From: a virus
Taxonomy: Duplodnaviria > Heunggongvirae > Uroviricota > Caudoviricetes
Virus record (IMG/VR): IMGVR_UViG_3300028103_000015
Length of the DNA: 14,338 nucleotides
Reading direction: 5' to 3' (one strand)
Position numbers and translations under genes: made by a program. Shown in pieces: positions 13,671 to 14,338 of this stretch (positions are counted from its first letter, which is position 1; each line of letters starts with the position of its first letter). The notes below the pieces were generated by a model. It saw only the letters and a list, made by a program, of their open reading frames with translations, did no database searches and had not been told where the DNA came from.

Positions 13671-14338
13671 ATGAAGGATTTAAAGTATGTTTGTGTTCAG
13701 CCTGACGACACCTATTACACATGGCAGGTGCATTTATGGTTGGAGAGCCTTAGAAAAAGAAACGAATCTGACAAGGCTATTGTTCTTATATTCATTCCTA
13801 ATTACAGAGAAAAGAATCCAAAATGGCAACAGGTGATTGACCTGTATCCAGAAGCTGAGTTTCATTTCTACAAGGATGAACATGATGTGAGTCAATTGTT
13901 AGGAATCTACATTCCTGTATTAAGACCTTATACTCTCTGGAGACACTGGAAAGAGCATCCAGAACTAAGTGATAAGGCAATATTCTACTGTGACTCAGAC
14001 ATCCTCTTTACAGAGAAGTTTGATGTTCAAAAGTACATAGATGACGATGTTTGCTATCTCTCTGAAACTACAAGCTACATAAGCGCTGCATATTTTGACA
14101 GCAAGGTGAAGGATGTCCTTCCTGAGAAGCTGGAAGAATACAAGACAAGAGATATTCTTGCAGAAATTGGTAGTGTGATTGGCATAAGTAGGGAGGAAGC
14201 AGAAGCTAAGAACAATGACTCTGGTGGAGCTCAATACCTCCTTAAGAATGTAGACTCTAAGTTCTGGAACAAGGTGATGAATGACTGCATCCTCATTAGG
14301 AGTTATCTACAGAAAGTGAACAAAGAATATTTTGAGAA
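13671..14338 (+). CDS. GT-A fold glycosyltransferase, 5' part only (truncated by the window edge, not in the ORF track)
   Basis: Open frame from the ATG at 13671 to the window end: MKDLKYVCVQPDDTYYTWQVHLWLESLR...GIYIPVLRPYTLWRHWKEHPEL...IFYCDSDILF...SGGAQYLLK. It has a DxD motif after a hydrophobic strand. Confidence 0.78.
   Translation, partial: MKDLKYVCVQPDDTYYTWQVHLWLESLRKRNESDKAIVLIFIPNYREKNPKWQQVIDLYPEAEFHFYKDEHDVSQLLGIYIPVLRPYTLWRHWKEHPELSDKAIFYCDSDILFTEKFDVQKYIDDDVCYLSETTSYISAAYFDSKVKDVLPEKLEEYKTRDILAEIGSVIGISREEAEAKNNDSGGAQYLLKNVDSKFWNKVMNDCILIRSYLQKVNKEYFE

Larger units (their letters stand above)
1..14338. mobile_element. Segment of a probable Bacteroidota-infecting tailed phage (or prophage) genome
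   Basis: GH19 endolysin flanked by holin/spanin-like membrane genes, collagen-like fibre gene, many 4-nt and 1-nt stop/start overlaps, small basic ORFs, Bacteroidota-type promoters, no housekeeping genes. No integrase, terminase or capsid gene is in the window, so phage versus prophage is unresolved. Confidence 0.8.

Noticed and set aside
13798-14234. Minus-strand ORFs 13798-13980 and 13995-14234
   Set aside because: They are antisense to the long open plus-strand glycosyltransferase frame starting at 13671.
1-14338. CRISPR arrays, tRNA/rRNA genes, transposases, integrases and stop-codon reassignment
   Set aside because: I saw no spaced direct repeats, cloverleaf-like sequence or recombinase motifs by eye. 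Genes are intact and densely packed under the standard bacterial code.

Overview
This window most likely comes from a large double-stranded DNA phage of Bacteroidota. The support is a GH19 endolysin cassette, tightly packed genes with ATGA/TAATG/TGATG overlaps, tiny basic ORFs, and three perfect plus one near-perfect TTTG-N19/20-TAnnTTTG Bacteroidota sigma70 promoters. Bases 57-9189 form a glycan-modification island of three transcription units. Unit 1 (+) encodes a GT9-like protein, a sulfotransferase, an APS kinase, a small HxGH nucleotidyltransferase and a DUF2061 protein. Unit 2 (-) encodes a 1150-aa methyltransferase/GT-A/GT4/Aah-TibC-type heptosyltransferase fusion, an FkbM methyltransferase and the ADP-heptose epimerase HldD. 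Unit 3 (+) encodes a cupin and a split HldE (nucleotidyltransferase and kinase). Bases 9262-12717 are an unusually elaborate lysis/membrane cassette. Bases 12807-13605 encode two paralogous Ser/Thr-rich, probably virion-associated proteins, followed by a window-truncated GT-A glycosyltransferase resembling plant peptidyl-Ser/Hyp O-glycosyltransferases. The main hypothesis (inference) is a phage-encoded protein O-glycosylation system that makes its own nucleotide-heptose and PAPS and builds sulfated/methylated heptose-containing glycans, perhaps on virion fibres. All family calls come from motifs recognised by eye; no database search was run.
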